64,000 nt of DNA from a candidate division FCPU426 bacterium (lineage in GTDB: Bacteria > Oederibacteriota > Muellerivitia > Muellerivitales > Muellerivitaceae), in the NCBI GenBank assembly GCA_963771075.1, contig CAVYSE010000011.1, forward strand, positions 32,001 through 96,000. The letters run 5' to 3'. The position numbers and the translations under genes were made by a program. Numbering within the stretch: position 1 is the stretch's first letter; the number at the start of each line of letters is the position of its first letter. Positions 40,089 through 50,619 of the stretch are shown in pieces. The notes under the pieces are model-generated. The model was not told the origin of the DNA. It saw only the letters and a list, made by a program, of their open reading frames with translations, and ran no database searches.

Positions 40089-41527
40089 ACATCACCTCCT
40101 TGGATTTGCAAGGAATCCTCCCCCTTTGGATCATTTCTTTTGGGGTCCTGGCCTTGTTGTTATTGGAGGCGGTGGGGAAGGAAGCCGGCCGTCGTTCGGC
40201 GCCTCTCCTCACAGGAACGTTCCTCCTCGCCTCGATAGCTTCCGTTTTCCATATTCTTTCCCAAAGACCGCTACCCGGACTCCTGTTTCAAGGCTGCGTG
40301 GTGGTAGATCTCTATTCCACCACTCTCATGGGAATCTGCCTGGTGTCCGGTTTTCTTTGCCTGCTTTTTTCGGTTTCCTATTTAGAAAGGGAAAGGGCGG
40401 TAACGGGAGAGTATTACGTTCTCCTTTTATTGGCGGTTTCGGGGATGATCGTATTGACCGTATCCGCCGATTTTTTGACTCTCTTCGTCGGAATAGAATT
40501 GATGTCCCTATCCTCTTATGTTTTGGCGGGTTACCTGCGAAACCGGGCCCGGGCGATTGAGGCGGCCATGAAATATTTCCTTTCGGGGGTCTTTTCCTCG
40601 GGTTTTCTTTTATATGGAATCGCGATGTTTTACGGAGTCACTGGCTCGTTAAGGTTCGTGGAACTACGCCATGCCTTAGAAATGGGAAAGTCCCCGGTTT
40701 TGATCGCTCTGGGGGCAGGACTGGTTCTGGTCGGATTTGGTTTCAAGATTGCGGCGGTACCCTTCCATGCCTGGGCGCCGGATGTTTATGACGGGGCTCC
40801 TGCTCCCGTTTCAGCCATCCTTTCCACGGGCGTCAAGACGGCGGCTGTGGGGATTTTGGCCCGCGTCCTGGTGGAAGCGCTGGGTCTTCCTGGATCCTGG
40901 ACTATGATCCTTGCGGTTTTGGCGGTTTTGACCATGACCTTGGGCAACCTGGGGGCCTTGAACCAGACAAATCTCAAGCGGTTGTTGGGTTTTTCCAGCG
41001 TGGCGCATGCCGGTTATCTCTTGGTTGGGTTGTCGGTGGCTTCGAGTGCTCCCGCCGACCAAGTGGAGCGAGCGGTTGCCTTTTATTTGCTGGCCTATAC
41101 CCTCATGACCTCTGGCGCTTTTGGCTTTATCGCCTGGGCCTCCCAAACCGAATCCGCTTCGAATTTTCACGGGGGGGAAAGGGTTGATCTTGAGGATTTT
41201 AAGGGGTTCGGGCTGGATCATCCCTGGATGGGTGGAGCGCTGGCGATCTTCCTCTTTTCACTGGCGGGCATGACCCCCATGGCGGGCTTTTTTGGGAAAT
41301 ATTTTCTTTTCAAGCTGGCCGTGGATCAAGGACAGTTGGGCTTGGTGATTGTCGCGGTATTGAACAGCTTTCTCTCGGCTTTTTATTATCTTCGCGCGGC
41401 GGCTGTCCTTTACCAAAAACCATTAACAGAAAACAAGGTCCTCGCGATCAGCCCTGGAACGGGGTTAGCGCTTCTTCTATGCTCCCTGGGCACCCTGGCC
41501 CTGGGATTCCTGAAGTTTCCTTTTTAG
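40085..41527 (+). CDS. nuoN: NADH-quinone oxidoreductase subunit N
   Basis: EAAMKYFL, FKIAAVPFHAWAPDVYDGAP, KRLLGFSSVAHAGY. Confidence 0.96.
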   Translation: MNITSLDLQGILPLWIISFGVLALLLLEAVGKEAGRRSAPLLTGTFLLASIASVFHILSQRPLPGLLFQGCVVVDLYSTTLMGICLVSGFLCLLFSVSYLERERAVTGEYYVLLLLAVSGMIVLTVSADFLTLFVGIELMSLSSYVLAGYLRNRARAIEAAMKYFLSGVFSSGFLLYGIAMFYGVTGSLRFVELRHALEMGKSPVLIALGAGLVLVGFGFKIAAVPFHAWAPDVYDGAPAPVSAILSTGVKTAAVGILARVLVEALGLPGSWTMILAVLAVLTMTLGNLGALNQTNLKRLLGFSSVAHAGYLLVGLSVASSAPADQVERAVAFYLLAYTLMTSGAFGFIAWASQTESASNFHGGERVDLEDFKGFGLDHPWMGGALAIFLFSLAGMTPMAGFFGKYFLFKLAVDQGQLGLVIVAVLNSFLSAFYYLRAAAVLYQKPLTENKVLAISPGTGLALLLCSLGTLALGFLKFPF

Positions 41528-41565
41528 AAAGTTCAAGCCCGAGGGGCTGTCCCGTCCTTTTACGA

Positions 41566-42698
41566 TCATCCCACCCAATAGTTCAGGGAATGGGCGATCA
41601 GGAGAGATGCCTGGGCCAGGAAACTGCAAGCGAGAAGGCTTTTTTTGATCCCCTCCTTCTTGGGTTTTAACGCCAGCCAAATAAAAAACGGAAACAAAAC
41701 TGAAGCATAACGGATGTAACTCATCAAGTCGCTCAAAAGAGCGGGAACCACGCCTAAAATCAAAGTGTAGAGGAATAATTCCCTTCCCACATGGCGGTAA
41801 AGGGATGGCAGGGCCGCAAGGACAAACACGAAAAGGGCGCGATTGAGAAAACTGTTTTGAGGGCCGTTCCAGGTATAGGGATTTCGGATGAAATTTTCCA
41901 CAAACCATGCCCAGGGATTGAGGAAATTCTCAAACCGGTTGTGGGATACGAAATAATGCTGGGCTAAAAATCCGGTAAAAATAATCCCCGGTCCAGTATT
42001 TCATCAAAACAGGTAAAGACCAAAACCTCCAAGGAAGGCCAGCAGCGTCCCAAGCCTTCCCGCCCAGGGATTCCGGGGATCTTCCAACCTTGTGTTTCCC
42101 CATGGAATTATTACGAGGGCGATCAGGATGCCTGTGGGCCTTGAGAGGGAAATCAGGAACGCGCTCGAAACAACAGGAAGCCAATCCCCCCGGCGGAAAT
42201 AATAGAAGAAAGCTAATACGTAGAAAGAGAAAAAGAGACTCGGTGTAAATAAGCCCAGAGTAAAAGGCGGTTGGGAAAGGCCAGGCACCAAAGACAGGCC
42301 CGCATGGCGATTTCGTCACCCCAAAGGTCACTTGCCAGCAGGAATAGAAAGACGGAGGCCAAGAGGGCAAACAAAAGGGACAACAAGAGGCCCGATATCC
42401 AGGGGGCCAGGCCAGTAGGGACGGTGAAAAAACGAATAAGAAAAGGCAGAAGTGGAAAAAAAGCATTGCTGGGTTCACCCGCGTGATAACCATGGGCCGC
42501 GAGGTAAAGGTAATGCTGGGCATCCCAGGTTTGATAAGCCGAGAGCAGGGTGGGGGGTTCCTGGGAGGGATCATGGAAATTGGCCAGGTAGTTCCCGCTT
42601 TGAAATGGGAATAACCGGTAACCGAGGAAAATCACCCCCCAAATCGAGAGTTTGACCAGGAAAGTGATTCCCAGAACCCGGGCCAGGCCCTTTTGCAT
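41566..42698 (-). CDS. GT-C mannosyltransferase (PIG-V-like), several frameshifts
   Basis: WDAQHYLYLAAHGY, AFFPLLPFLI, FPTAFYSGLIYTESLF, LSRPTGI, RYASVLFPFF across fragments. Confidence 0.8.
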
Positions 42699-42801
42699 GT
42701 TGCGTCATCCCTTCCCGATGGGTAGAGAGGTTGATTCCCGCCCCAAAGGTTGTTAAACCAAAGCTGCACCAGCGATTATCCCTTAAAAACGGAGGTTTGG
42801 C

Positions 42802-43107
42802 ATGCGTGTCATCGCGGATTTATGTGTTATTCCCCTGGGTGTGGGCGTTTCCGTGTCGGAGTATGTGGCTGCTTGCGAGAAGGTGTTAAAGGAAGCCGGA
42901 TTGAAAATCCAACTCCATGCCTATGGGACCAATATTGAGGGGGAGTGGGACGACGTTTTCGCCGCGATCAAACGCTGTCATGAGGAAATACATCGAATGG
43001 GAGCTCCGCGAATTACAACCACGCTTAAATTTGGGACCCGGATCGATAGAAACCAAACGATGGAAGACAAGATCAAAAGCGTCGAGAATCGATTGAATAA
43101 GACCTGA
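42802..43107 (+). CDS. MTH1187/YqgV family thiamine-binding protein
   Basis: VIPLGVGVSVSEYVA, GTNIEGEWDDVF, GAPRITTTLK, RIDR...DKIKSV. Confidence 0.9.
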   Translation: MRVIADLCVIPLGVGVSVSEYVAACEKVLKEAGLKIQLHAYGTNIEGEWDDVFAAIKRCHEEIHRMGAPRITTTLKFGTRIDRNQTMEDKIKSVENRLNKT

Positions 43108-43362
43108 TTCCCTCAACATAACGGCAGGGTCGTTCCCGGAAGTTCCTACTAAAGATGGTGTTACGGGTTCTGGATGAAAGCCTCGGTTTCGGGAGTAATA
43201 GCCTAAAGGTATTGCGATTTTAAAAGGGCCGGGGGTAATATGCATCCCCTAGTTCAACCCAATATGTCATCCCTGAGACGATATGGTTTTCTGGGGGTGA
43301 AATCTAGTTCGGTGTCCTCAAATCAAGCTTTGATACAACAATCCAAGGGGAGGCTTTCTTTG

Positions 43363-45189
43363 ATGGAAAATGAAATCGTTGTCGGAATCGGCGGCGCGGC
43401 CGGGGATGGAGGGGCTTCCACTGGGAATAATCTGGCCCAATCCTGCGCACGCCAGGGTCTATTCGTTTACCAGTACACGAGTTACCAATCGCTTATCCGG
43501 GGTGGCCATTCCTGGGTCCGTTTGAGAATTGCGCCCCAAGCCCCCAAATGCATGGGTGACCAAGTTCAGGCCATGATCGCCCTGAACCAGGATTCCATGG
43601 ACCGGCACCTTCAAGAACTGAGTGCAGGCGGCCTCTGTGTTTATAACGGCGATAAGGTCAAGCCCGGGAAGGTTCCCGAGGGAGTCCAATTATGCCCCCT
43701 GCCGGTTTTTGAACTGGCGGGCAAGGACGCGCTGCCCATCATGCAAAACACCGTGGCTTTGGGCGGGCTCGTTGGGTTGTTAGGCCTGGATTTCACCGCC
43801 TTGGAATCCGTGTTTCATCATACCTTCGCTAAAAAACCCCAGGTGGTCGCCGCCAATGTGGCCGCCGCCAAGGCGGGACATGACTTCGCGGTAAAAACTT
43901 ACCAATCCCATTCGGCTAAATTGAAGAAGGGAATGGCCTCGCTGGCCATGGTGCAAGGCAACGAGATTTTGGCTATGGGGGCGGCAAATGCGGGATGCAA
44001 GTTTTACTGCGCCTACCCCATGAGTCCGGCGACCGGCGTCCTGCACTGGATGAGCGCCCATGGAAGGGATATCGGCATCTGCGTGCGGCAGGTGGAGGAT
44101 GAGATCGGCGTGGCCAACATGGCTATCGGTGCGGGTCATATGGGTGTCCGCTCCATGTGCGCCACCTCGGGAGGCGGATTCGCTTTGATGACCGAGGCCT
44201 TGGGATTGGCCGGGATGATGGAAACACCGGTCGTGATGATCAACGTCATGCGCGGGGGGCCCTCCACGGGTCTTCCTACCAAACAGGAGCAAGGCGACCT
44301 GACCCAGGCGATCGGCGCCTCCCAGGGCGATTTTCCCCGTATCATCATCGCCCCCACCTCCATTTCCGATTGCTACAACACCATGGAAGAAGCTTTCAAC
44401 CTCGCTGAAAAATACCAGTGTCCGGTCATGATACTTTCCGATCTTCTCATGAGCGAGGGCCACATGACCCTGGAAACCTCGTTCCTCGACCGGGATTTCA
44501 AGATCGAACGGGGGGAGATGATCTTTGAGGATGATGGCATCCCCAAGACTTACCTGCGCTACAAGGACACACCTTCCGGGATTTCTCCCCGGGCTATCCC
44601 CGGCCTTCCTAACCATCTGTACGTGGCGGCCTCGGACGAACATGATGAGGACGGAGTGCTGATCTCAGACGTATACACCGATCCTATCATCCGCAAGAAA
44701 ATGGTGGACAAACGCACCCGCAAGATGGAAGGCGTGGTCGAGGATTACGCCTACCCCCTGAAGCTGGAAGGTCCCTCGGAAGCCGAGATCACCTTGGTAA
44801 CCTACGGTTCCACCTGGGGCGTGGCCAGCGAGGCCGTGCAGCGCCTGAACCAGGAGGGCGTGAAGGCAAACTTGCTTACATTCAAGTACATGCTTCCTTT
44901 CCAGGAAAAGGAAGCGAAGGCCTTATTAAGCAAGGCCAAGAAGATTTGCGTGGTTGAAATGAACAAAAGCGGCCAGTTCTCAAGGCATTTACGGGCGGAA
45001 ACGGGGATTACGGCATACGCTGACATCCGTAAATACGACGGCGAACCTTTCGAACCCAAACATGTGGTGGCGGCGGTCAAGCAAGTCCTAGCCGGGAAGA
45101 CCCTCGTGGAGTGCCAGTCACTGGAACCGGGATGGCGTTCGATTCATCCGCCGGGACCCGGCGTGTTGACCACATCTTCTATTCATTAA
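43363..45189 (+). CDS. korA: 2-oxoacid:ferredoxin oxidoreductase alpha subunit (gamma-alpha fusion)
   Basis: IGGAAGDG, YQSLIRGGHS, AYPMSPAT, EDEI, ATSGGGFALM, RGGPSTGLPT; SD GGGGAGG. Confidence 0.93.
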   Translation: MENEIVVGIGGAAGDGGASTGNNLAQSCARQGLFVYQYTSYQSLIRGGHSWVRLRIAPQAPKCMGDQVQAMIALNQDSMDRHLQELSAGGLCVYNGDKVKPGKVPEGVQLCPLPVFELAGKDALPIMQNTVALGGLVGLLGLDFTALESVFHHTFAKKPQVVAANVAAAKAGHDFAVKTYQSHSAKLKKGMASLAMVQGNEILAMGAANAGCKFYCAYPMSPATGVLHWMSAHGRDIGICVRQVEDEIGVANMAIGAGHMGVRSMCATSGGGFALMTEALGLAGMMETPVVMINVMRGGPSTGLPTKQEQGDLTQAIGASQGDFPRIIIAPTSISDCYNTMEEAFNLAEKYQCPVMILSDLLMSEGHMTLETSFLDRDFKIERGEMIFEDDGIPKTYLRYKDTPSGISPRAIPGLPNHLYVAASDEHDEDGVLISDVYTDPIIRKKMVDKRTRKMEGVVEDYAYPLKLEGPSEAEITLVTYGSTWGVASEAVQRLNQEGVKANLLTFKYMLPFQEKEAKALLSKAKKICVVEMNKSGQFSRHLRAETGITAYADIRKYDGEPFEPKHVVAAVKQVLAGKTLVECQSLEPGWRSIHPPGPGVLTTSSIH

Positions 45190-45222
45190 CGAAACCCTAA
45201 GGGGAGCCTTAAGGAGGCCTTT

Positions 45223-46119
45223 ATGACGACAGCAGCGTCGGTAGCACCCAGAGACGCGAAGCTCTACAAGCCGGAAATTCCGCCGGATTGGTGTCCAGGA
45301 TGCGGGGATTATGGGGTTTTAACTGTTTTGCAACGGGCCGTAGCTGAATTGGGCATTCCCAATGAGCAACTAATGGTGGTTTCGGGAATCGGATGTTCTT
45401 CCAACCTGCCGGGCTTTTTCCGCTCTTACGGAATGCACAGCCTACACGGGCGATCCCTTCCGGTAGCCACCGGGGCCAAACTAGCCAACCATCAAATGAC
45501 CGTTATCGCTTGCGGAGGGGATGGTGACGGGTACGGCATCGGTCAGGGACATTTCATCCATTCCATTCGCCGTAACATCAACCTGACCTATATCGTGATG
45601 GACAACGAAATTTATGGTCTTACCACGGGTCAGACCTCACCCACCTCGGAGGTGGGAATGAAGACCAAGTCCACTCCCCACGGGAATCCGGAGGGCCAAT
45701 TGAATCCCATGGTGATGAGCCTGGCGGCGGGTTGTGGCTTCGTGGCCCGGGGTTTTTCAGGAGATATCAACCACCTCAAGAACCTTTATATTCAAGCTCT
45801 CCAGTACCCAGGATTCGCCCACATTGACGTATTCAGCCCCTGTGTAACCTTCAACAAGCAAAACACGTTTGGGTGGTTCAAGGAGCGCGTATATAAGCTG
45901 GAAGACGCGGGCCACGATCCCTCTGATTGGAACGAAGCCATGGCGCGGGCCAAGGAATGGGGGGCAAAAATCCCCATCGGGATCTTGTACAAGAATCCTG
46001 CCCCCAAACCTTCGATTGACGCGGCGGACGTAACGCTTCAAGGGACTCCATTAGCGCGCCAGCGGAATATTGCCATCAATAAAGAACAACGTAAAAAATT
46101 GATCGAGGAATATGTCTAA
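45223..46119 (+). CDS. korB: 2-oxoacid:ferredoxin oxidoreductase beta subunit
   Basis: WCPGCGD, SGIGCSS, HGRSLP, GGDGDG...DNEIYGLTTGQ (TPP motif), SPCVTFN. Confidence 0.94.
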   Translation: MTTAASVAPRDAKLYKPEIPPDWCPGCGDYGVLTVLQRAVAELGIPNEQLMVVSGIGCSSNLPGFFRSYGMHSLHGRSLPVATGAKLANHQMTVIACGGDGDGYGIGQGHFIHSIRRNINLTYIVMDNEIYGLTTGQTSPTSEVGMKTKSTPHGNPEGQLNPMVMSLAAGCGFVARGFSGDINHLKNLYIQALQYPGFAHIDVFSPCVTFNKQNTFGWFKERVYKLEDAGHDPSDWNEAMARAKEWGAKIPIGILYKNPAPKPSIDAADVTLQGTPLARQRNIAINKEQRKKLIEEYV

Positions 46120-46166
46120 CTGGGTTTAAGGCCAAGCAGTTACGCCTCTTGAAAAAAGAGTACGAC

Positions 46167-46201
46167 AAAAAGCCCTTCCCTAAAGATGGGCTTTTCTTTT
46201 T
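46167..46201 (+). terminator. Rho-independent terminator after korB
   Basis: AAAAGCCC...GGGCTTTTCTTTT. Confidence 0.6.
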
Positions 46202-46270
46202 CTAGGCCTTTTGCTTAAATAACTCGGCGAAAGCTGTCAGGTTTGTTTCTTTGTCATTAGGGGAGCCTTC

Positions 46271-46714
46271 ATGCCGCACGTCATTTTGGATAATTGTATC
46301 GGTTGCACCCTGTGCGCGGTCAAATGTCCTACCGAAGCCATCATTGGCGACAAAAAAAATCTCCATCATATTGATCCAGCGCTTTGCATCGATTGTGGTG
46401 TTTGCGGTATCCACTGCCCTGTTGAGGCCATCATTGATCCCCTCGGGGATATCGTCAAAAAAATTAAGCCTCCAGCTATCCCGAAGGCTAAGGTGGACGC
46501 GGAAACCTGCACCGCTTGCGAGTTTTGCGTGGACATCTGCCCCTTTGACTGTATTTCGATGCAGCCACGAAACGACCATCCCGAGTTTTTCAGGATCGCC
46601 GTGGTGGACGAGAAAAAATGCGTCAGCTGCAAGCTTTGCGAAACCGTTTGCATCAAGGGAAGCATTTCCGTGGAGAGAAATGTTCCGAATTTGGCTTACT
46701 CACCGAACCGGTGA
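46271..46714 (+). CDS. Polyferredoxin with four 4Fe-4S motifs
   Basis: CIGCTLCAVKCP, CIDCGVCGIHCP, CTACEFCVDICP, CVSCKLCETVC. Confidence 0.92.
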   Translation: MPHVILDNCIGCTLCAVKCPTEAIIGDKKNLHHIDPALCIDCGVCGIHCPVEAIIDPLGDIVKKIKPPAIPKAKVDAETCTACEFCVDICPFDCISMQPRNDHPEFFRIAVVDEKKCVSCKLCETVCIKGSISVERNVPNLAYSPNR

Positions 46715-46820
46715 TATTGATAGGTAAAATAAGTTTATCGGATATCGGGGTTTAGTAATCGGCCTTGCAAGATCAAGCCAAACCCAATAACGTTCCAAGT
46801 TCAATAAAGGGGAGTAGTCC

Positions 46821-47810
46821 ATGTCTGAGGAAATTTTCGACGTCATTCTAATCGGGGCGGGCCCCGCGGGTATGTTCGGGGGTTTTTACGCCGGTCTTCG
46901 CGGTATGAAGGTCAAGATCATCGATTCCCTGGAACAGTTGGGAGGACAGGTTGCCGCCATGTACCCGGAAAAAGATATTTTCGATGTAGCCGGGTTTCCT
47001 AGGGTCAGCGGTAAGGATCTAGTGAAAGATTTGGAGGAACAGCTCAAGCGTTTCAATCCCACCCTCGCACTTGGGGAAAGGGTGACCACGCTCGTCAAGC
47101 GTCCCGATCAAATTTTCGAGCTCACAACTGAAAAGGGATTGAAACATTATTGCAGGGCGGTCGTATTGGCACTGGGTATGGGCTCTTTCACCCCCAAAAA
47201 ACATCCCAACCCGGACATTGTTCCCTACGAGGGAAAGGGTGTGCATTACGGTGTTCTATCCCTGGAGCCATTCAAGAACAAGCGCGTTTTAATCGTTGGA
47301 GGCGGGGACTCGGCGGTCGATTGGGCCCTCATGCTTGAGCCTTTAGCTTCCCAGGTGACTCTTATTCACCGCCGGGATGAGTTTAGGGCTCATGAGACAT
47401 CGGTGGAGAAGCTCAAAAAGTCCAAGGTGGATGTCAAGCTCTGGTATGAGCTCCGTACCATCAAGGGGGAAGGCCATGTCCAAGAGGCGGTCATCTATGA
47501 AAACCATACCAACCAGGATGAATCCCTTCCCGTTGAATTTGTGGTGATGAATTTTGGTTTTCAAGCTTCCCTTTCCTTCTTGAAGGATTGGGGACTGGTT
47601 CTTGAAAAAAACAAAATACCGGTCAACCAAAAGATGGAAACCAACATCCCTGGAATTTACGCGGCAGGGGATATTGCCACCCACCCCGGCAAACTGGATT
47701 TGATCGCTACGGGATTCGCGGAAGGGGCCACCGCGGTTAATTTCGCCAAGACCTATATTAACCCGAACGAAAAAGCCTCTCCGGGCCATAGTTCAAGCCT
47801 GAAACTTTAA
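46821..47810 (+). CDS. Ferredoxin-NADP+ reductase, TrxR-type (YumC-like)
   Basis: IGAGPAG, LGGQVAAMYPEKDIFDVAGFP, GGGDSAVDWA, HRRDEFRAH, PGKLDLIATGF, PGHSS; no CxxC. Confidence 0.9.
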   Translation: MSEEIFDVILIGAGPAGMFGGFYAGLRGMKVKIIDSLEQLGGQVAAMYPEKDIFDVAGFPRVSGKDLVKDLEEQLKRFNPTLALGERVTTLVKRPDQIFELTTEKGLKHYCRAVVLALGMGSFTPKKHPNPDIVPYEGKGVHYGVLSLEPFKNKRVLIVGGGDSAVDWALMLEPLASQVTLIHRRDEFRAHETSVEKLKKSKVDVKLWYELRTIKGEGHVQEAVIYENHTNQDESLPVEFVVMNFGFQASLSFLKDWGLVLEKNKIPVNQKMETNIPGIYAAGDIATHPGKLDLIATGFAEGATAVNFAKTYINPNEKASPGHSSSLKL

Positions 47811-47889
47811 AGGTTACGCCTTAATCGGGGAACAAGGCGAACCACCCCCTTTGTAGAGAAAACATGAAATATTTTTTTAGGAGCCCATC

Positions 47890-48657
47890 ATGTCGATAGA
47901 TGTACGAACCCAGAAGGGCGCGGGAGTGACCCTGCGCCAGGACCAGTGGTGGCTTGAATCCCTGGCCATCGGCTTGGCCTTGCTGGGATTCATCGTTTAC
48001 ATGACCTGGGCCGCATTTACCCCCTATGGTCCGCATGGCGAAGTTTATTACGAATGGGGTTCCTATGTTTCACCCGCTTTTTCCCCTTTTCTCAGCCCTT
48101 CCTGGTTCAAATGGTCCCCGGCGATTCTCATCTTGTGGGCTCCGGCCGGCTTTCGGGGGACCTGCTACTATTTTCGAAAAGCCTATTACCGCGCCTTGTT
48201 CCAGGATCCTCCCGCCTGCGCGGTGGGGGAGGAGGCGCGCGAATACAAAGGAGAACAGGGCTTTCCGTTCATTCTTCAAAACGTACACCGATATTTCCTT
48301 TACCTGGCCGTTTTGCTTGTCGTGAATCACTGGATCGATCTGATGAAGGCTTTTACGATCGAGGGACCCAAGACCTATTGGGTGGGGACCGGCACGTTGG
48401 TGCTTCTGGCCGACACCCTTCTTCTGACCTTTTATGTCTTCAGTTGCCATGCCTGGCGGCATTTGGTAGGTGGAAAACTGGATTGTTTTTCCAATTGCGC
48501 CGCCAATGAGCTCCGCTACAAAGTTTGGTGTCGGGTCAGCAAGATGAATGAAGACCATCCCCTTTGGGGTTGGCTTTCCCTGTTCACTGTGGGGTTTGCG
48601 GATCTTTATGTGCGCATGGTCGCAATGGGCATCTGGACGGATTTCAAAATTTTTTAG
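47890..48657 (+). CDS. Succinate dehydrogenase membrane anchor of the mycobacterial Sdh1 (Rv0249c-like) type
   Basis: PAILILWAPAGFRGTCYYFRKAYYR, PPACAV, QNVHRYF, SCHAWRHLVGG; directly upstream of sdhA. Confidence 0.85.
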   Translation: MSIDVRTQKGAGVTLRQDQWWLESLAIGLALLGFIVYMTWAAFTPYGPHGEVYYEWGSYVSPAFSPFLSPSWFKWSPAILILWAPAGFRGTCYYFRKAYYRALFQDPPACAVGEEAREYKGEQGFPFILQNVHRYFLYLAVLLVVNHWIDLMKAFTIEGPKTYWVGTGTLVLLADTLLLTFYVFSCHAWRHLVGGKLDCFSNCAANELRYKVWCRVSKMNEDHPLWGWLSLFTVGFADLYVRMVAMGIWTDFKIF

Positions 48658-48708
48658 CTGACATCGGTTGGCCGCGATCAAAAGCCTTGGAAGAGGAATA
48701 TTCACAAA

Positions 48709-50592
48709 ATGAGCGATAACTACCAAACCTTTGAATATGACGTTCTGGTCATCGGGGCTGGAGGGGCAGGCCTGCGGGCCGCCATTGAGGCCTCGGCGAC
48801 AGGCTGCAAGACGGGACTGGTCTGCAAATCCCTCTTGGGGAAGGCCCACACAGTCATGGCCGAGGGGGGTATCGCCGCGGCGCTGGCGACCGTGGATTCG
48901 CGCGATTCCTGGAAACAGCATTTTTGTGACACCCTGATTGGAGGCAATTTCGCCAACCATTGGCGCATGGCCCAGATCCACGCCCAGCAGGCGCCCGACC
49001 GGGTGCGGGAACTGGAAAAATGGGGAGCGGTATTCGACCGAACGAGCGATGGTAGGGGAAACATTAACGTCCGCCATTTTGGAGGTCATACCTATAAGCG
49101 GTTGGCGCACGTGGGGGACCGCACAGGTTTGGAACTAATCCGCACCCTGCAAGACAAGGGCGTACATTCGGGCATCGAGGTGCACATGGAATGCACCCTC
49201 TATTCGCTCCTCAAAGATGGTGACCGTATGGCCGGGGCTTATGGTTATTTCCGTGAGACGGGCCGGCCCGTTATGTTCAAAGCCAAGTCGGTCGTGCTCG
49301 CGACAGGCGGTATTGGAAAACTTTACAGGGTCAACTCCAACTCCTGGGAATGCACGGGCGACGGGTTTGCCCTGGCTTACCTGGCGGGCGCGGAGTTGGC
49401 CGACATGGAATACGTTCAATTTCATCCTACCGGCATGGTTTGGCCCCCTTCGGTTCGGGGCCTACTCATCACGGAGGGCGTGCGGGGCGAGGGCGGGGTA
49501 TTGAAAAACAACAAGGGGGAACGGTTCATGTTCAAGTACATTCCCCCCAAATACCAGGGCAAATACGCCGATACGGAAAAGGAAGCCGATGCTTGGTTTC
49601 AAAAAGTAGTCGTCGAAGGGCAAAAAGAGGAAACGGTCAAGGAACGAAAACCCCCTGAGCTCATGAGCCGGGACGTGACTTCCAGGGCCATCTGGACCGA
49701 GATTCATCAGGGTCGGGGAACCGACCATGGCGGGATTTTCCTGGACATCGCCTCCCGGCGCACTCCCGAGGACATAAAGCGGAAACTACCTTCGATGTAC
49801 CATCAATTCAAACAATTGGCCGATGTGGATATTACGAAAGTGCCCATGGAAATCGCCCCCACCTGCCATTACATGATGGGAGGAGTCAAGGTGGACCCGG
49901 AAACCCAGATGTCCACCGTGCCCGGATTATTTGCCGCGGGAGAATGTTCGGCCGGTATGCACGGGTCCAACCGGCTTGGCGGTAATTCCCTTTCCGACCT
50001 TGTGGTTTTTGGAAAGCTGGCCGGTGAACACGCGGCAGCCTTCGCCAAGGACCATTCGACCCCGAAGGCCGACGAGTCGGTTTTGACACATTTGGAACGA
50101 GAAATGAACCGACCTTTCGTAAACCAGGGGGGAGAGGTGTCTTACGCCATCCTAGCGGATCTCCAGACCGTCATGGAGCGGGGAGTCGGCATGTACCGGG
50201 AAGAATCATTATTAGATCAGGGGTTGAAGGACCTGGCCGCCCTCCAGGAGCGACTTCAGAAAGTATCGGCCGAGGGAAACCGCTTATTCAATCCCGGCTG
50301 GCATGTGGCGCTGGACCTGAGAAACATGCTGATCGTGGGCGAAGCCATCGCGAGGGCCGCCAAAGAGCGCAAGGAATCCCGAGGGGGCCATACCCGAACC
50401 GATTGTCCGGGTTATTCCAAGGATTTGGCCAAGAAACGCATCGTGATCAGGAAAAAGGGTGAAACCATGGAAGTGTTTCAGGAAGATTTGGCCCAAATCC
50501 CGGTGGATTTAGAAAATGAGTTGGTGCAGGAGCATTTATTGAAGCCTGAAATCCTGAAACAAATCAGGGGAGAAATACCTGCCGCGAGTTAA
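48709..50592 (+). CDS. sdhA: Succinate dehydrogenase/fumarate reductase flavoprotein
   Basis: IGAGGAG, KAHTVMAEGG, QFHPTG, TEGVRGEGG, HYMMGG, HGSNRLGGNSL, ESRGGH. Confidence 0.95.
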   Translation: MSDNYQTFEYDVLVIGAGGAGLRAAIEASATGCKTGLVCKSLLGKAHTVMAEGGIAAALATVDSRDSWKQHFCDTLIGGNFANHWRMAQIHAQQAPDRVRELEKWGAVFDRTSDGRGNINVRHFGGHTYKRLAHVGDRTGLELIRTLQDKGVHSGIEVHMECTLYSLLKDGDRMAGAYGYFRETGRPVMFKAKSVVLATGGIGKLYRVNSNSWECTGDGFALAYLAGAELADMEYVQFHPTGMVWPPSVRGLLITEGVRGEGGVLKNNKGERFMFKYIPPKYQGKYADTEKEADAWFQKVVVEGQKEETVKERKPPELMSRDVTSRAIWTEIHQGRGTDHGGIFLDIASRRTPEDIKRKLPSMYHQFKQLADVDITKVPMEIAPTCHYMMGGVKVDPETQMSTVPGLFAAGECSAGMHGSNRLGGNSLSDLVVFGKLAGEHAAAFAKDHSTPKADESVLTHLEREMNRPFVNQGGEVSYAILADLQTVMERGVGMYREESLLDQGLKDLAALQERLQKVSAEGNRLFNPGWHVALDLRNMLIVGEAIARAAKERKESRGGHTRTDCPGYSKDLAKKRIVIRKKGETMEVFQEDLAQIPVDLENELVQEHLLKPEILKQIRGEIPAAS

Positions 50593-50619
50593 TTTGTAGA
50601 TACGTTTGGGGAGGAATGG

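Noticed and set aside
43108..43362. Possible ncRNA or TPP riboswitch between the thiamine-binding gene and korA
   Set aside because: No convincing conserved motifs or long stem found
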